Below are positions 56,557-64,000 of a stretch of DNA of 64,000 nucleotides, piece by piece. Origin of the DNA: Deltaproteobacteria bacterium (GTDB lineage Bacteria > Myxococcota_A > Polyangia > HGW-17 > SLPX01); the NCBI GenBank assembly GCA_021162935.1, contig JAGGXR010000063.1, positions 10,043 to 74,042 of the forward strand. Reading direction: 5' to 3'. Both the position numbers and the translations under genes were made by a program. Each line of letters opens with the position of its first letter. The stretch's first letter is position 1. Below the pieces are notes generated by a model. That model searched no databases. It saw only the letters and a program-made list of their open reading frames with translations, and was not told where the DNA came from.

Positions 56557-58443
56557 AGAGTTTATGTAGATTTCAATATTATGGTAACTTTGGTGCGCGG
56601 GTACATGGTGAGCATCCTCGGGATCATTCTTGTCCAATCCATGCGCAGTCTCCCAGACGTCGGGCATGCCATCGTGGTCCGTGTCGATGGGTGCTGTGCC
56701 GGATGCGTAGGGAATGGGCCAGGTAGCGGTTGACTTGGATTCATCATCAATCCACCTGTAGGGAGGGCCTGGTTCCGTCGTTTGATGAGAATACTGATCG
56801 ATCGCCTCGAGGTCGACAGAATCTCTCGGCCAGGCGCCGATGTTCTTCTGTCCTACATAAGCACCTCTGGACAGCATCCAATCGGTGGCAATCGCCAAGG
56901 GAAGAACCGTTGTCTCTGCAGCAGGTTTGGCAAATGGATAGGATGTCGTCATCATGCTGGGATCACTGGGACCAACATTGCACAGAGCACTCGCGCCCGT
57001 TGGGTATGGGTCCACGGCACAAAACACGAACGATTGCGGTTGCGAGTCGGATGTTCGTTTGGGCGTGATGTTGCTGCTCAGGAAGATCTTCGAGCCAGCA
57101 TTGACCCATGTCCCATTGCCCCGATCTTCCGTTTGGAAAATCAACGCTGATGCGCCCGCAGACGCGTCTGTTACTGGAGAATTGTTGTCAGGTCCGAGAT
57201 ATATCTCATTGTTAATGAAGACCGCCAAGGAAGGCCCGGCCACGAAGCCTTCAATGTCGCTATTCTGGGAGCCAGCAACTTCTGTGGAGCCCCATCCAGT
57301 ATTGTATGCGAGGTTGTTGATCACCTCCACATAGGAAGCTGGTTCCAACCCGATGACCCCAACGGCGCTACCACCGCCGCCCATTCTTGGGTTCCTACGT
57401 TTGGAATGCACATATAGATTCCGTGCAGCCGTAACATATTTGGCCCCGCAGCCAATGAGCAAGCTTCTCGCTGCCGCGTTCGTATCGCCGGATGGATACT
57501 CCAGGGGCTCAAAGAAGATGTTGTTGGTCGCACTGAGATTCTGAGCATTGTAGTAACCAAGTGTAAGCAACTTCCCGGTGCTCCAACTGAAGCTACAATG
57601 ATCGACAATGGCATTGCGCATTGTGTGCTTGGGGTTCTCATAGGCACCAATAATGCTTAGAGACCCTGCTCCCTGCTGAAAAGGATTGTTCCCAGATCTG
57701 AATCTGAGACCCCTGATGATAAGTTCTTCGACGTCATAGACATCTAGATCATGATAATCGTAATTGGGGTATTCTCCGGATGGGGATCGCGTGCCAGCAC
57801 CAAAGGATATCCCTCCATTGGTTAGACAAATTCCGTCCCCAGGAGCCGTCTGTCCAGCAATGGTCAAGTAGCCGGTGTAGCTATATATAGGTGGCGAATC
57901 TGAATGATCTGGACGAAATCTCCAGAAAGCACCCAGGTTGATGATACCACCCGTATCAAATACGATGATTCTTGGATATTTCTCTCTCAGTGCCCAGAGG
58001 AACGAACCCGAGTAGCCATTGCCGTCATCCACATAATGCGAGCTGAGCGTGTTGACATGCAGGACCTTCGGCAAGTCGGCTGGATCGTTGGACGATTCGT
58101 ACTTCGCGTACGCGCCCCTCGTCTGAGCGCCAAACCCTTCGGCGCCAGGAAAGGCGAGGGCTGGGCCTGTCTGGCCTGCGTCGGCGGAATCGCCGTCCGC
58201 ACTCGCATCCTGCACCGTGCTCGCATCCTGCGCGGCGTCCGCGTCCTGCACCGTGCTCGCATCGTGCGCGGCGTCCGCGCTCGAGTCGGAGCATGCCGCG
58301 GGGACGAGGCCCGTCCCCAAGAGAAGCGCACCAACCATACCCGTCGCCATGCGGGCCGCCACACTCTGCCGAGCGTGGAACCGTGACTGCGCTTCCCGAT
58401 GTTCTTGCTTTCGACAACGGGATTCGGAGAAAGTCGTCTTCAT
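56548..58443 (-). CDS. Secreted pectate-lyase-like right-handed beta-helix lipoprotein with C-terminal calcium-binding (thrombospondin-type-3-like) repeats
   Basis: Signal peptide plus lipobox LLGTGLVPAAC (an alternative ATG is at 58350). Mature N-terminus ALAFPGAEGFGAQTRG is typical of pectate lyases. Beta-helix repeat patterns. C-terminus IDTDHDGMPDVWETAHGLDKNDPED. Confidence 0.6.
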   Translation of the reverse strand: MKTTFSESRCRKQEHREAQSRFHARQSVAARMATGMVGALLLGTGLVPAACSDSSADAAHDASTVQDADAAQDASTVQDASADGDSADAGQTGPALAFPGAEGFGAQTRGAYAKYESSNDPADLPKVLHVNTLSSHYVDDGNGYSGSFLWALREKYPRIIVFDTGGIINLGAFWRFRPDHSDSPPIYSYTGYLTIAGQTAPGDGICLTNGGISFGAGTRSPSGEYPNYDYHDLDVYDVEELIIRGLRFRSGNNPFQQGAGSLSIIGAYENPKHTMRNAIVDHCSFSWSTGKLLTLGYYNAQNLSATNNIFFEPLEYPSGDTNAAARSLLIGCGAKYVTAARNLYVHSKRRNPRMGGGGSAVGVIGLEPASYVEVINNLAYNTGWGSTEVAGSQNSDIEGFVAGPSLAVFINNEIYLGPDNNSPVTDASAGASALIFQTEDRGNGTWVNAGSKIFLSSNITPKRTSDSQPQSFVFCAVDPYPTGASALCNVGPSDPSMMTTSYPFAKPAAETTVLPLAIATDWMLSRGAYVGQKNIGAWPRDSVDLEAIDQYSHQTTEPGPPYRWIDDESKSTATWPIPYASGTAPIDTDHDGMPDVWETAHGLDKNDPEDAHHVPAHQSYHNIEIYINSLL

Positions 58444-58596
58444 GATGCCCCCTACACTCCATGAGAAAATTGATGGATTCGTAAAAAGTCGGATTTTTTC
58501 AAGTAACTGAAACAATTGATTAAGTTCTCATTTTTGCTTGACATGATATCTTGCTTGTAGCACATTTATTTCATGATTTCAATTCATTACAGGACA

Positions 58597-58890
58597 GAAC
58601 TTCCCCCAAATCCAGAGATCAAAAACAGGATTCGATTGTAATTCTGTCTGGATAGGTCTGCCCACAAGTGAAAATGGGGGATTTCCATACGAGACAAAAT
58701 GGACCTCCAGGTGGTAAGGAAAGGGTGTTAACGCCTTATATCCCTTTGCCAAGACAAGAAGGTCCATGCCCTTGGTGCATCGAATCGGTTGGAAATTACG
58801 AGCACAAATCGACACTCCGGGCATTTAGATGGGGAGGCTTGTCCTGGCCGGCATAGAAGGTCAAAATAGGACCGGCCGGGCGCGGGGTAG
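58597..58890 (+). repeat. 295-bp low-GC direct repeat, copy 2 (family R3), abutting a hairpin and the transposase gene
   Basis: Paralog of 55436-55730. Its last 22 nt plus the following sequence form the inverted repeat ggaccggccgggcgc...gcgcccggccggaggtcc (58869-58922), immediately before the transposase ATG. Confidence 0.8.
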
Positions 58891-58926
58891 TAGCCCCATG
58901 GTTTGCGCCCGGCCGGAGGTCCAAAC

Positions 58927-60012
58927 ATGCTTTCTCTACCCCGTCTCGGTGTGCCCTGCAAGATCGTGGACCTGAAGCCACCCGAAGTCGCGCGATGTCC
59001 GCGATGCAGTGCATGGTCCCCACGTAACGAGATTCGTTTTCGCTACTTATGGGAGCCAGACCTGCTTCATCCAAGCGTCGTCGAACTGGAAGCAGGGGGC
59101 TACTTGTGCCCGGATTGTCCTGAGGGGAGGAAGTGGTTCATGCTGCTGCCGGAGGACTACAAGACGAGCGGCCAGTACAGCGTGCTGGCGCGATTGCTGG
59201 TCGTCGAGTTGGTGCGCGACTACAAGATGTCGGCGGAGCAGGCCGCTGCCTGGGGTCGAGACAAGCTCCATCTGGCGAAGCTTGATGCGAGCACAGTGCT
59301 CGATTGGTTTCGCGAGGCCGGCGACCGGCGAGAGTTTCTCATCCCCTGGACGAAAGATGAGCGCGTGCGTTACCTGGTGCGGCAACGAGGGCACCGGCAT
59401 CTGTTGTACAAGGGAAAGCTCAAAAGCGGCAAGGCGTTGGCCGAAATCTGCAAGACGCCGTATGGCGAGACGATCGTCAAGGAGAAGGACGGCGAGGAAA
59501 AGGCGTGCTTCGTCCACGTCGGCTTCCTCCCGGTTCGTCTGCCGGAGTGTCCCCGACGGCCTTTATGGCTGGTGGTGGCGAAGGGGTTCGGCGAGGAGCC
59601 GATGATGCTTCTGACGACCGAGCCGATGCGACGGTACGGCAAGGTTCTGTGGTGGGCGGTGGCTGCATATCTGACGCGCTGGCGGGTGGATGACACGATC
59701 CTGTTCATCAAACAGAGCTACGGCTTGGAAAACGTGCGCGTGCTGACCTACCGGCGTCTCAAAAACCTGGTGACCTTACTGCTGGCGGTGGCGTATTTTA
59801 CGGCTGTGCGCGTAGGCCTGAACGCGAGGTTGAAAATCTTGGCCCTACATGTGCTGGACGCAGCCAAACGCCTGTTCGGGATTCCCGACTTTCGGTACTA
59901 TGCTTTGTCCGATGGCATGAAGGACATTCTGCACAAAACGGGAAAAGGGACCTTGCACGCACGAAACGAGAAAATTGTATCTGACCCGCAACTCTCCCTA
60001 TTCGATCCCTGA
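58927..60012 (+). CDS. IS4/IS5-superfamily-like DDE transposase (short form, N-terminal Cys4 zinc finger)
   Basis: C-terminal YLTRWRVDDTILFIKQSYGLENVRV...LLLAVAYF matches the Y-x2-R-W-x-I-E-E-F-x-K / LE / IAW signature (YREK region) of IS4/IS5 transposases, but with the first Glu replaced by Asp. N-terminus has CPRC...CPDC. ATG at 58927. Confidence 0.5.
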   Translation: MLSLPRLGVPCKIVDLKPPEVARCPRCSAWSPRNEIRFRYLWEPDLLHPSVVELEAGGYLCPDCPEGRKWFMLLPEDYKTSGQYSVLARLLVVELVRDYKMSAEQAAAWGRDKLHLAKLDASTVLDWFREAGDRREFLIPWTKDERVRYLVRQRGHRHLLYKGKLKSGKALAEICKTPYGETIVKEKDGEEKACFVHVGFLPVRLPECPRRPLWLVVAKGFGEEPMMLLTTEPMRRYGKVLWWAVAAYLTRWRVDDTILFIKQSYGLENVRVLTYRRLKNLVTLLLAVAYFTAVRVGLNARLKILALHVLDAAKRLFGIPDFRYYALSDGMKDILHKTGKGTLHARNEKIVSDPQLSLFDP

Positions 60013-60132
60013 ATTTTTTTTTGGAAGTCCTGCTACTAAATCGGGTCTATTTCCGGTGACTGTTGGCGGTCGTGGTCCTTGGCAGGTGGCGGTCGCTGTC
60101 TTTCTGTTTGTCCGGGGCGAGGCGTCTGGGGT

Positions 60133-61383
60133 CTATTCGAGCACCAGGCTTGCCGGTCCATGTTGCTGCCCGCTGGCGTCGAATACGTACAGATACGCGG
60201 TATCTGCAGCCTGGAACGAGCCTTCGTTCAGCGTAAAGGTGATGGAGCCGTTGCTCCACTGCGTGGCGATCTGCACCTCCAGGTGCCGGCAGTCGTCGTA
60301 GTTCGGCGCGTCTCCGAGGACCACCCGGGCGAAGGTTCCGTCGAGGTAGATGCCACCGTATTGACGATAGAAGACGGATCCGGATTCGTCGAATCCGTAG
60401 TTGCCGCCAAATCGGATGTTGTCGAAGTATTCATTGGGCGTGGATTCTGAATCGTACACGTCGATGTGTTGGACGCGAAAGATGCGCTGATTGTCGATGC
60501 GAAGCTCCATGGAGCCGTCGAAGGTTTTCGGAGCGGAATTGAGGCGGTAGAACAGTTCCACGTGATACCAGCGTCCAATGGGCAGGGCGTAGCTAGACGT
60601 CCAACTCAAAGGTCTGCCATAGAATCCGCCGCCGCCTGGGATATCCAGGTTGGCGTTTTGTTCGTCGTTGGTGTCCCCTGCGATACCGCCCAGGGCGCTG
60701 CAGAGCAGGTCTGTACCGTCATTGATGATCTGCATGGCCTCGTGCGGATTCTGGCCGGGGCTCATGTAGATCCATTTGAAGTTGGCCGCACCGGTCGCCA
60801 TGTGGCTCGCTTCGAATCCCGGCTCGAAGTAGTCCCACCAGGACAGATAGAGGACCTTCGATTCGGGCAGGTTCGTCTGGACGCCGGCGCTGTAGCCGCC
60901 AGCCTCCCAGTTGCCGCGGGCGCTGTACTCGAGTCGAGCATAATATTGCTGCGATGCGCGCCCCTTGACCCTGGAGTCAGGTAGGTCATCGGCCAGATTG
61001 ACCATGATGTCTGCTGCTCCCAGGCTCCAATAGCGGTCGTCGAATGCGCCCATTTCCTGGAATCGTTGGGCCTGGTCCGGATGCTGGTACGAGGCACGAA
61101 ACGGCGCAGCCGGATCCTTTTGTCCGAATCCGCTGCCCGAAACGACGACGGACGAACCATGGATCAGGTCGCCGGTGACCGTGAGGGTGCCGTTCGTGTT
61201 CGTGCCGGAGTCAGCCTGCGAACCGGCGTCCCAGTTTTCGTTGTTCTGGTTCGACTGGTGGTCGTCATCGGAGCAGGCGGTGACGAGCATGGCCAGGAGC
61301 AAGGATGCGCAGAGCCATGGTCTGTTACCAATGAGAGGTTCGGATAGCAAAGATGCAGGCAGTAGGGATGCCGGAATGATCAT
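60133..61383 (-). CDS. Secreted lipoprotein, concanavalin/LamG-like; possible polysaccharide lyase or glycan-binding protein
   Basis: Lipobox LLAMLVTACSDD. Asn/Ser/Thr-rich linker. C-terminal region is paralogous to the next gene (…WIDG/RIDN…NxRFGGNYG / FFENYWNSG). Start uncertain (61383 or 61422). Confidence 0.45.
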   Translation of the reverse strand: MIIPASLLPASLLSEPLIGNRPWLCASLLLAMLVTACSDDDHQSNQNNENWDAGSQADSGTNTNGTLTVTGDLIHGSSVVVSGSGFGQKDPAAPFRASYQHPDQAQRFQEMGAFDDRYWSLGAADIMVNLADDLPDSRVKGRASQQYYARLEYSARGNWEAGGYSAGVQTNLPESKVLYLSWWDYFEPGFEASHMATGAANFKWIYMSPGQNPHEAMQIINDGTDLLCSALGGIAGDTNDEQNANLDIPGGGGFYGRPLSWTSSYALPIGRWYHVELFYRLNSAPKTFDGSMELRIDNQRIFRVQHIDVYDSESTPNEYFDNIRFGGNYGFDESGSVFYRQYGGIYLDGTFARVVLGDAPNYDDCRHLEVQIATQWSNGSITFTLNEGSFQAADTAYLYVFDASGQQHGPASLVLE

Positions 61384-61451
61384 CGATTTTGGTTGAGCGA
61401 TTGGTCTGGTGGCCCATTGCATGTTTCTTTCTCCACCTCGTTTGTGGGTTT

Positions 61452-62546
61452 TTACAGACACCCGATGGGTTGGGTCGAGACGACGATGTTGTCGAAGTAT
61501 CGTTCTTGCTCGACCGGGGATCCGCTATTCCAGTAGTTCTCGAAGAACACCGCGTTGAGCGCGTAGTCCGTGTAGGTCCCTACGAAATTGAGGTGATCCC
61601 GTCTTGCTTCGAGGTTTCCGTCGATCCAAAATTCCTGGACGCCGTTGCTTTGGCCCGGGTCGTTGAGTTTGACATGCGCTTCGATGCAGTACCAGGTGCC
61701 CGAATGATTCGTGGCGAAGATCGGGGTCGTGCCAGCCAGGTTGCCGAGCCATTGGAGGTGACTGAAGTCGTTGTAGCCCTGGCATTGCACGTTCCCATTT
61801 CCGTCCACGCAACTGGCCGGGTCGATGAGCAGGTAATCGCCCTGACTCCACAGGTGCGCGATCATCGCCTGGGACCAATCACTCGATGACGCGAACACCG
61901 TGGCCCGGGATAGCTTGGCTGGGCTGCCCTGCCATCCTGGCTGGTTGCGCAGGTACATGCGATAGTAAATCTCGCGAAAGTCCTCGTTGGATCGGATGCC
62001 CTTGTCCATGTAGGACTGCGGGTTGCGTCCGAACGCGAGCTTGACGCCACCGGCACCCACCTCGCCGGCTTGCCACTTGATTTTCAGGCCACGCGTATTG
62101 CTGTATCCGACTCCATTCGTCACGACGCAGTCGCCATTGTTGTTGTCGTATTCGAAGTAGCGACCTTGGCCCACGAGTGGATCGGTGCTTTCGAAATCGT
62201 CGCAGAAAATCCATGCAGGATGGTTGGCCTGCCAATTTTGGCATTCGGCCGCGTTGACGCCTCCATCGGATCCGGGACTCGCGTCCGCACCGGCGTTCGC
62301 ATCGGATCCAGCGTTTGCATCGCTGTTCGTTTGCGCGTCCTTTTTCGAATTTCCATCCTTTGTTGCGTTGCCGTCATTGCTCTGGTTCGCATCCATGCGG
62401 GACCCGGTATCCAAAGCAGCGTCTGCGTGCGACGATCCCGCCTTGTCAGGGCAGCCAGCCATGGTCAAAGCCAAGGTTGACGCCAATAGAGCTGTCCCCA
62501 TGTGCAGGAATACCTCCAAAGATATCACTGCCTGTTTTTTTTCCAT
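61452..62546 (-). CDS. Secreted lipoprotein, paralog of the preceding gene, with a low-complexity Ala/Asp/Asn/Ser linker
   Basis: Start at the ATG at 62546 (MEKKQAVISLEVFLHMGTALLASTLALTMAGC lipobox). Linker DANAGSDANAGADASPGSDGG. C-terminal domain aligns with 60133-61383. Confidence 0.45.
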   Translation of the reverse strand: MEKKQAVISLEVFLHMGTALLASTLALTMAGCPDKAGSSHADAALDTGSRMDANQSNDGNATKDGNSKKDAQTNSDANAGSDANAGADASPGSDGGVNAAECQNWQANHPAWIFCDDFESTDPLVGQGRYFEYDNNNGDCVVTNGVGYSNTRGLKIKWQAGEVGAGGVKLAFGRNPQSYMDKGIRSNEDFREIYYRMYLRNQPGWQGSPAKLSRATVFASSSDWSQAMIAHLWSQGDYLLIDPASCVDGNGNVQCQGYNDFSHLQWLGNLAGTTPIFATNHSGTWYCIEAHVKLNDPGQSNGVQEFWIDGNLEARRDHLNFVGTYTDYALNAVFFENYWNSGSPVEQERYFDNIVVSTQPIGCL

Positions 62547-62581
62547 GTGGTTTCTTGTCATTGCTCGATATCCCTCCCATT

Positions 62582-64000
62582 TCACTTCGAATCAGGTAAA
62601 AAAAATGGCCACAGGCCAATGTTGACCTTGGTGGCATTCTTGTAGACCGAAGGGTCACCGGTATTCAGGCAAGGCGATCCGGCCAATGGTTTGTACTGGT
62701 CGGATGCATCCAGGGATGGATTTGCCTCCAGCGAATGCGTTTCGCCTGCGTAGGAGGCTCGGTATGTGTCGAGGGTCAAGGGATGGTCGCCGCTGCCGGT
62801 CCAATCGACTCGTGCCACGATGGAGTCGTCCACGTGGAACACGTTGAAGTCGGAATCGAATCCGCGGTTCAAGAACCAATCCGGCCAACGTTTCTCGCCC
62901 GCCGAGTTATTGAAGTAGATCCCCACCCCCGAGCCGATGAACGCGTTGTTGCGGACCATCTGGCCCACGGACCATTGGGACACGTGGATGCCGTGTTTGC
63001 AGTCGATGAACAAGTTATTGAACACGCGGCTTCCGTATTCATTCGACGAGTCTTCGTTGGACGCGTACGCGATGCCCGACCCGCAGCGTTCCAGGATGTT
63101 TTCGCGGATCGTCCAGTTGCCCCCCGGGTAGGTGTGACCCTCGTCGCCCTCTCCGTCGCAGCCCTTCCAGTTGCATCGTGGCCCTGGCGGTTGGATGCAT
63201 TGGCCTACGTCGTGGATCCAGTTGCCCACTACGTGGAGGTTGGATACGCCGCCTTTTGTCGTGATGCCTCCATTGAGCATGCCCCAAACTTCGTTTGAGC
63301 AGGCCCACAGGTCGGCCTCGTCGCCCGACACCATGAACGTGATACCTTTGGAGTTGGACCCGTTGCCGCCCCAATAGCGGGAATCGTGGGCCAGGTTGCG
63401 TCGAACCATCACGCCCTGGCTGTACGCGATGAAAATGCTGTAGGAGTTGTCGTCTCCGTTGGCGTTGTGTCCGAAATCATTGTCCTGCACGAGCAGGTAG
63501 TCTGACCCTTCGAAGTGACTGGCCGAAGGTTGGGTGTATCGGAAGGTCAGACCCTCCATCACCATGTACGGACAGCCGATGGCGCTCAGGAACTGGCCCT
63601 GAGAAGCCTCGAAAGTCGCCTGGGTCATGTCCATCCCGGCTGGCGGGCGAATGTACAGGAAGCAGCCCTGGTTGTCCCGGCCGCACCCGGTCCCTGAATC
63701 GTCGGCCTTGGTCCAGGTTCCGGGGTCCATCACGTCCGACGTGTTCGCATGGGACCGCACGCCGTTGCGCATCTCCATGACGTGGATGATGCGGGTTTCG
63801 TCCGTGGTCCACAACCCAGTGGGATCGAACTCCAGAAACTCGGCGCTCGTGCGCCACAAGCCGTTGCCAGCGTCCTGCCAGACTCCGGCGGCAATGGGCA
63901 CCGAACCAATCAGCACGGGCATTGCCCCCTCGTCGGCACGGATCAGGAAGTAGGCGTCGGCCGTGCCCGGTCGGCTCAGGTGGATGCGGCTTTTCCCCTC
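62582..64000 (-). CDS. Right-handed parallel beta-helix (pectin-lyase-fold) protein; N-terminus lies outside the window
   Basis: No stop between 63922 and the window edge in this frame. PbH1-like repeats (NNAFIGSGVGIYFNNS, HVVGNWIHDVG, NNLFIDCKHGIHV). Stop overlaps the next gene start region. Confidence 0.6.
   Translation of the reverse strand, partial: EGKSRIHLSRPGTADAYFLIRADEGAMPVLIGSVPIAAGVWQDAGNGLWRTSAEFLEFDPTGLWTTDETRIIHVMEMRNGVRSHANTSDVMDPGTWTKADDSGTGCGRDNQGCFLYIRPPAGMDMTQATFEASQGQFLSAIGCPYMVMEGLTFRYTQPSASHFEGSDYLLVQDNDFGHNANGDDNSYSIFIAYSQGVMVRRNLAHDSRYWGGNGSNSKGITFMVSGDEADLWACSNEVWGMLNGGITTKGGVSNLHVVGNWIHDVGQCIQPPGPRCNWKGCDGEGDEGHTYPGGNWTIRENILERCGSGIAYASNEDSSNEYGSRVFNNLFIDCKHGIHVSQWSVGQMVRNNAFIGSGVGIYFNNSAGEKRWPDWFLNRGFDSDFNVFHVDDSIVARVDWTGSGDHPLTLDTYRASYAGETHSLEANPSLDASDQYKPLAGSPCLNTGDPSVYKNATKVNIGLWPFFLPDSK

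Noticed and set aside
1-64000. Search for CRISPR arrays, tRNA/rRNA genes, prophage or classical defence systems (RM, TA, Cas, CBASS-like)
   Set aside because: No regularly spaced short direct repeats, no tRNA-like cloverleaf candidates or rRNA-like conserved stretches, and no nuclease, methylase, integrase or phage structural motifs were recognised in any frame.

Overview
This 64-kb window comes from a high-GC (about 60-65%) bacterial chromosome. The gene content is reminiscent of Myxococcota/deltaproteobacteria, but that is an inference: very large TPR-repeat proteins, PEGA-domain proteins, FadL-type outer membrane proteins, many lipoproteins, an ECF sigma/anti-sigma pair and an abundance of signalling proteins. 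I could not search any database.

I call about 45 protein-coding genes (boundaries adjusted to ATG plus Shine-Dalgarno where the supplied ORF track was over-extended), three repeat/mobile-element families, pseudogene fragments and an IS4/IS5-like transposase gene. No rRNA, tRNA or CRISPR array was seen.

The first 22 kb is housekeeping and metabolism:
- a carboxylesterase C-terminal fragment, an amidase, a thiolase, phosphomannomutase, thymidine kinase, a saccharopine-dehydrogenase-family gene and a radical SAM gene;
- a three-gene NuoE-like / NuoF-like / (2Fe-2S + 4Fe-4S + GltD-like) operon that looks like an Stn/Nfn-type soluble NAD(P)H:ferredoxin oxidoreductase.

The most unusual region is a roughly 23-kb signalling island (about 22.6-45.9 kb):
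- three paralogous proteins carry four N-terminal STAS (anti-sigma-antagonist) modules, each followed by a Cys4 zinc-ribbon, and two of the proteins are membrane anchored;
- two paralogous proteins combine a degenerate receiver-like domain with a GHKL ATPase (anti-sigma-kinase-like) domain;
- there is a membrane HAMP-PP2C (SpoIIE/RsbU-like) phosphatase, a PAS protein and a PAS histidine kinase;
- a 2068-aa TPR giant and an 810-aa secreted TPR protein sit among them;
- no sigma factor or response regulator lies nearby.
Together this is a multiplied, non-canonical partner-switching or stressosome-like module.

Other notable loci:
- a translationally coupled PEGA-protein / Cys-rich lipoprotein / FadL operon;
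- an ArnT/PMT-like GT-C glycosyltransferase with an extra N-terminal polytopic domain;
- cstA followed by an ArsA-like ATPase coupled to a membrane protein;
- a 3'-terminal accessory region (54-64 kb) with low-GC mosaic DNA: 295-bp direct repeats, an IS remnant, a radical-SAM N-terminal fragment, an IS4-like transposase, a pectate-lyase-like beta-helix lipoprotein and an operon of secreted lipoproteins and beta-helix proteins.

Three repeat families were found:
- a 165-bp MITE-like element with terminal inverted repeats (2 full and 2 partial copies); its termini donate the stop codons of the giant TPR gene and of tdk;
- a 128-bp intergenic repeat (2 copies);
- a 295-bp low-GC repeat (2 copies).
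There is also a 17-bp x4 tandem array in the thiolase/PMM divergent promoter region. Many long antisense ORFs in the track are GC-driven artefacts and were rejected.
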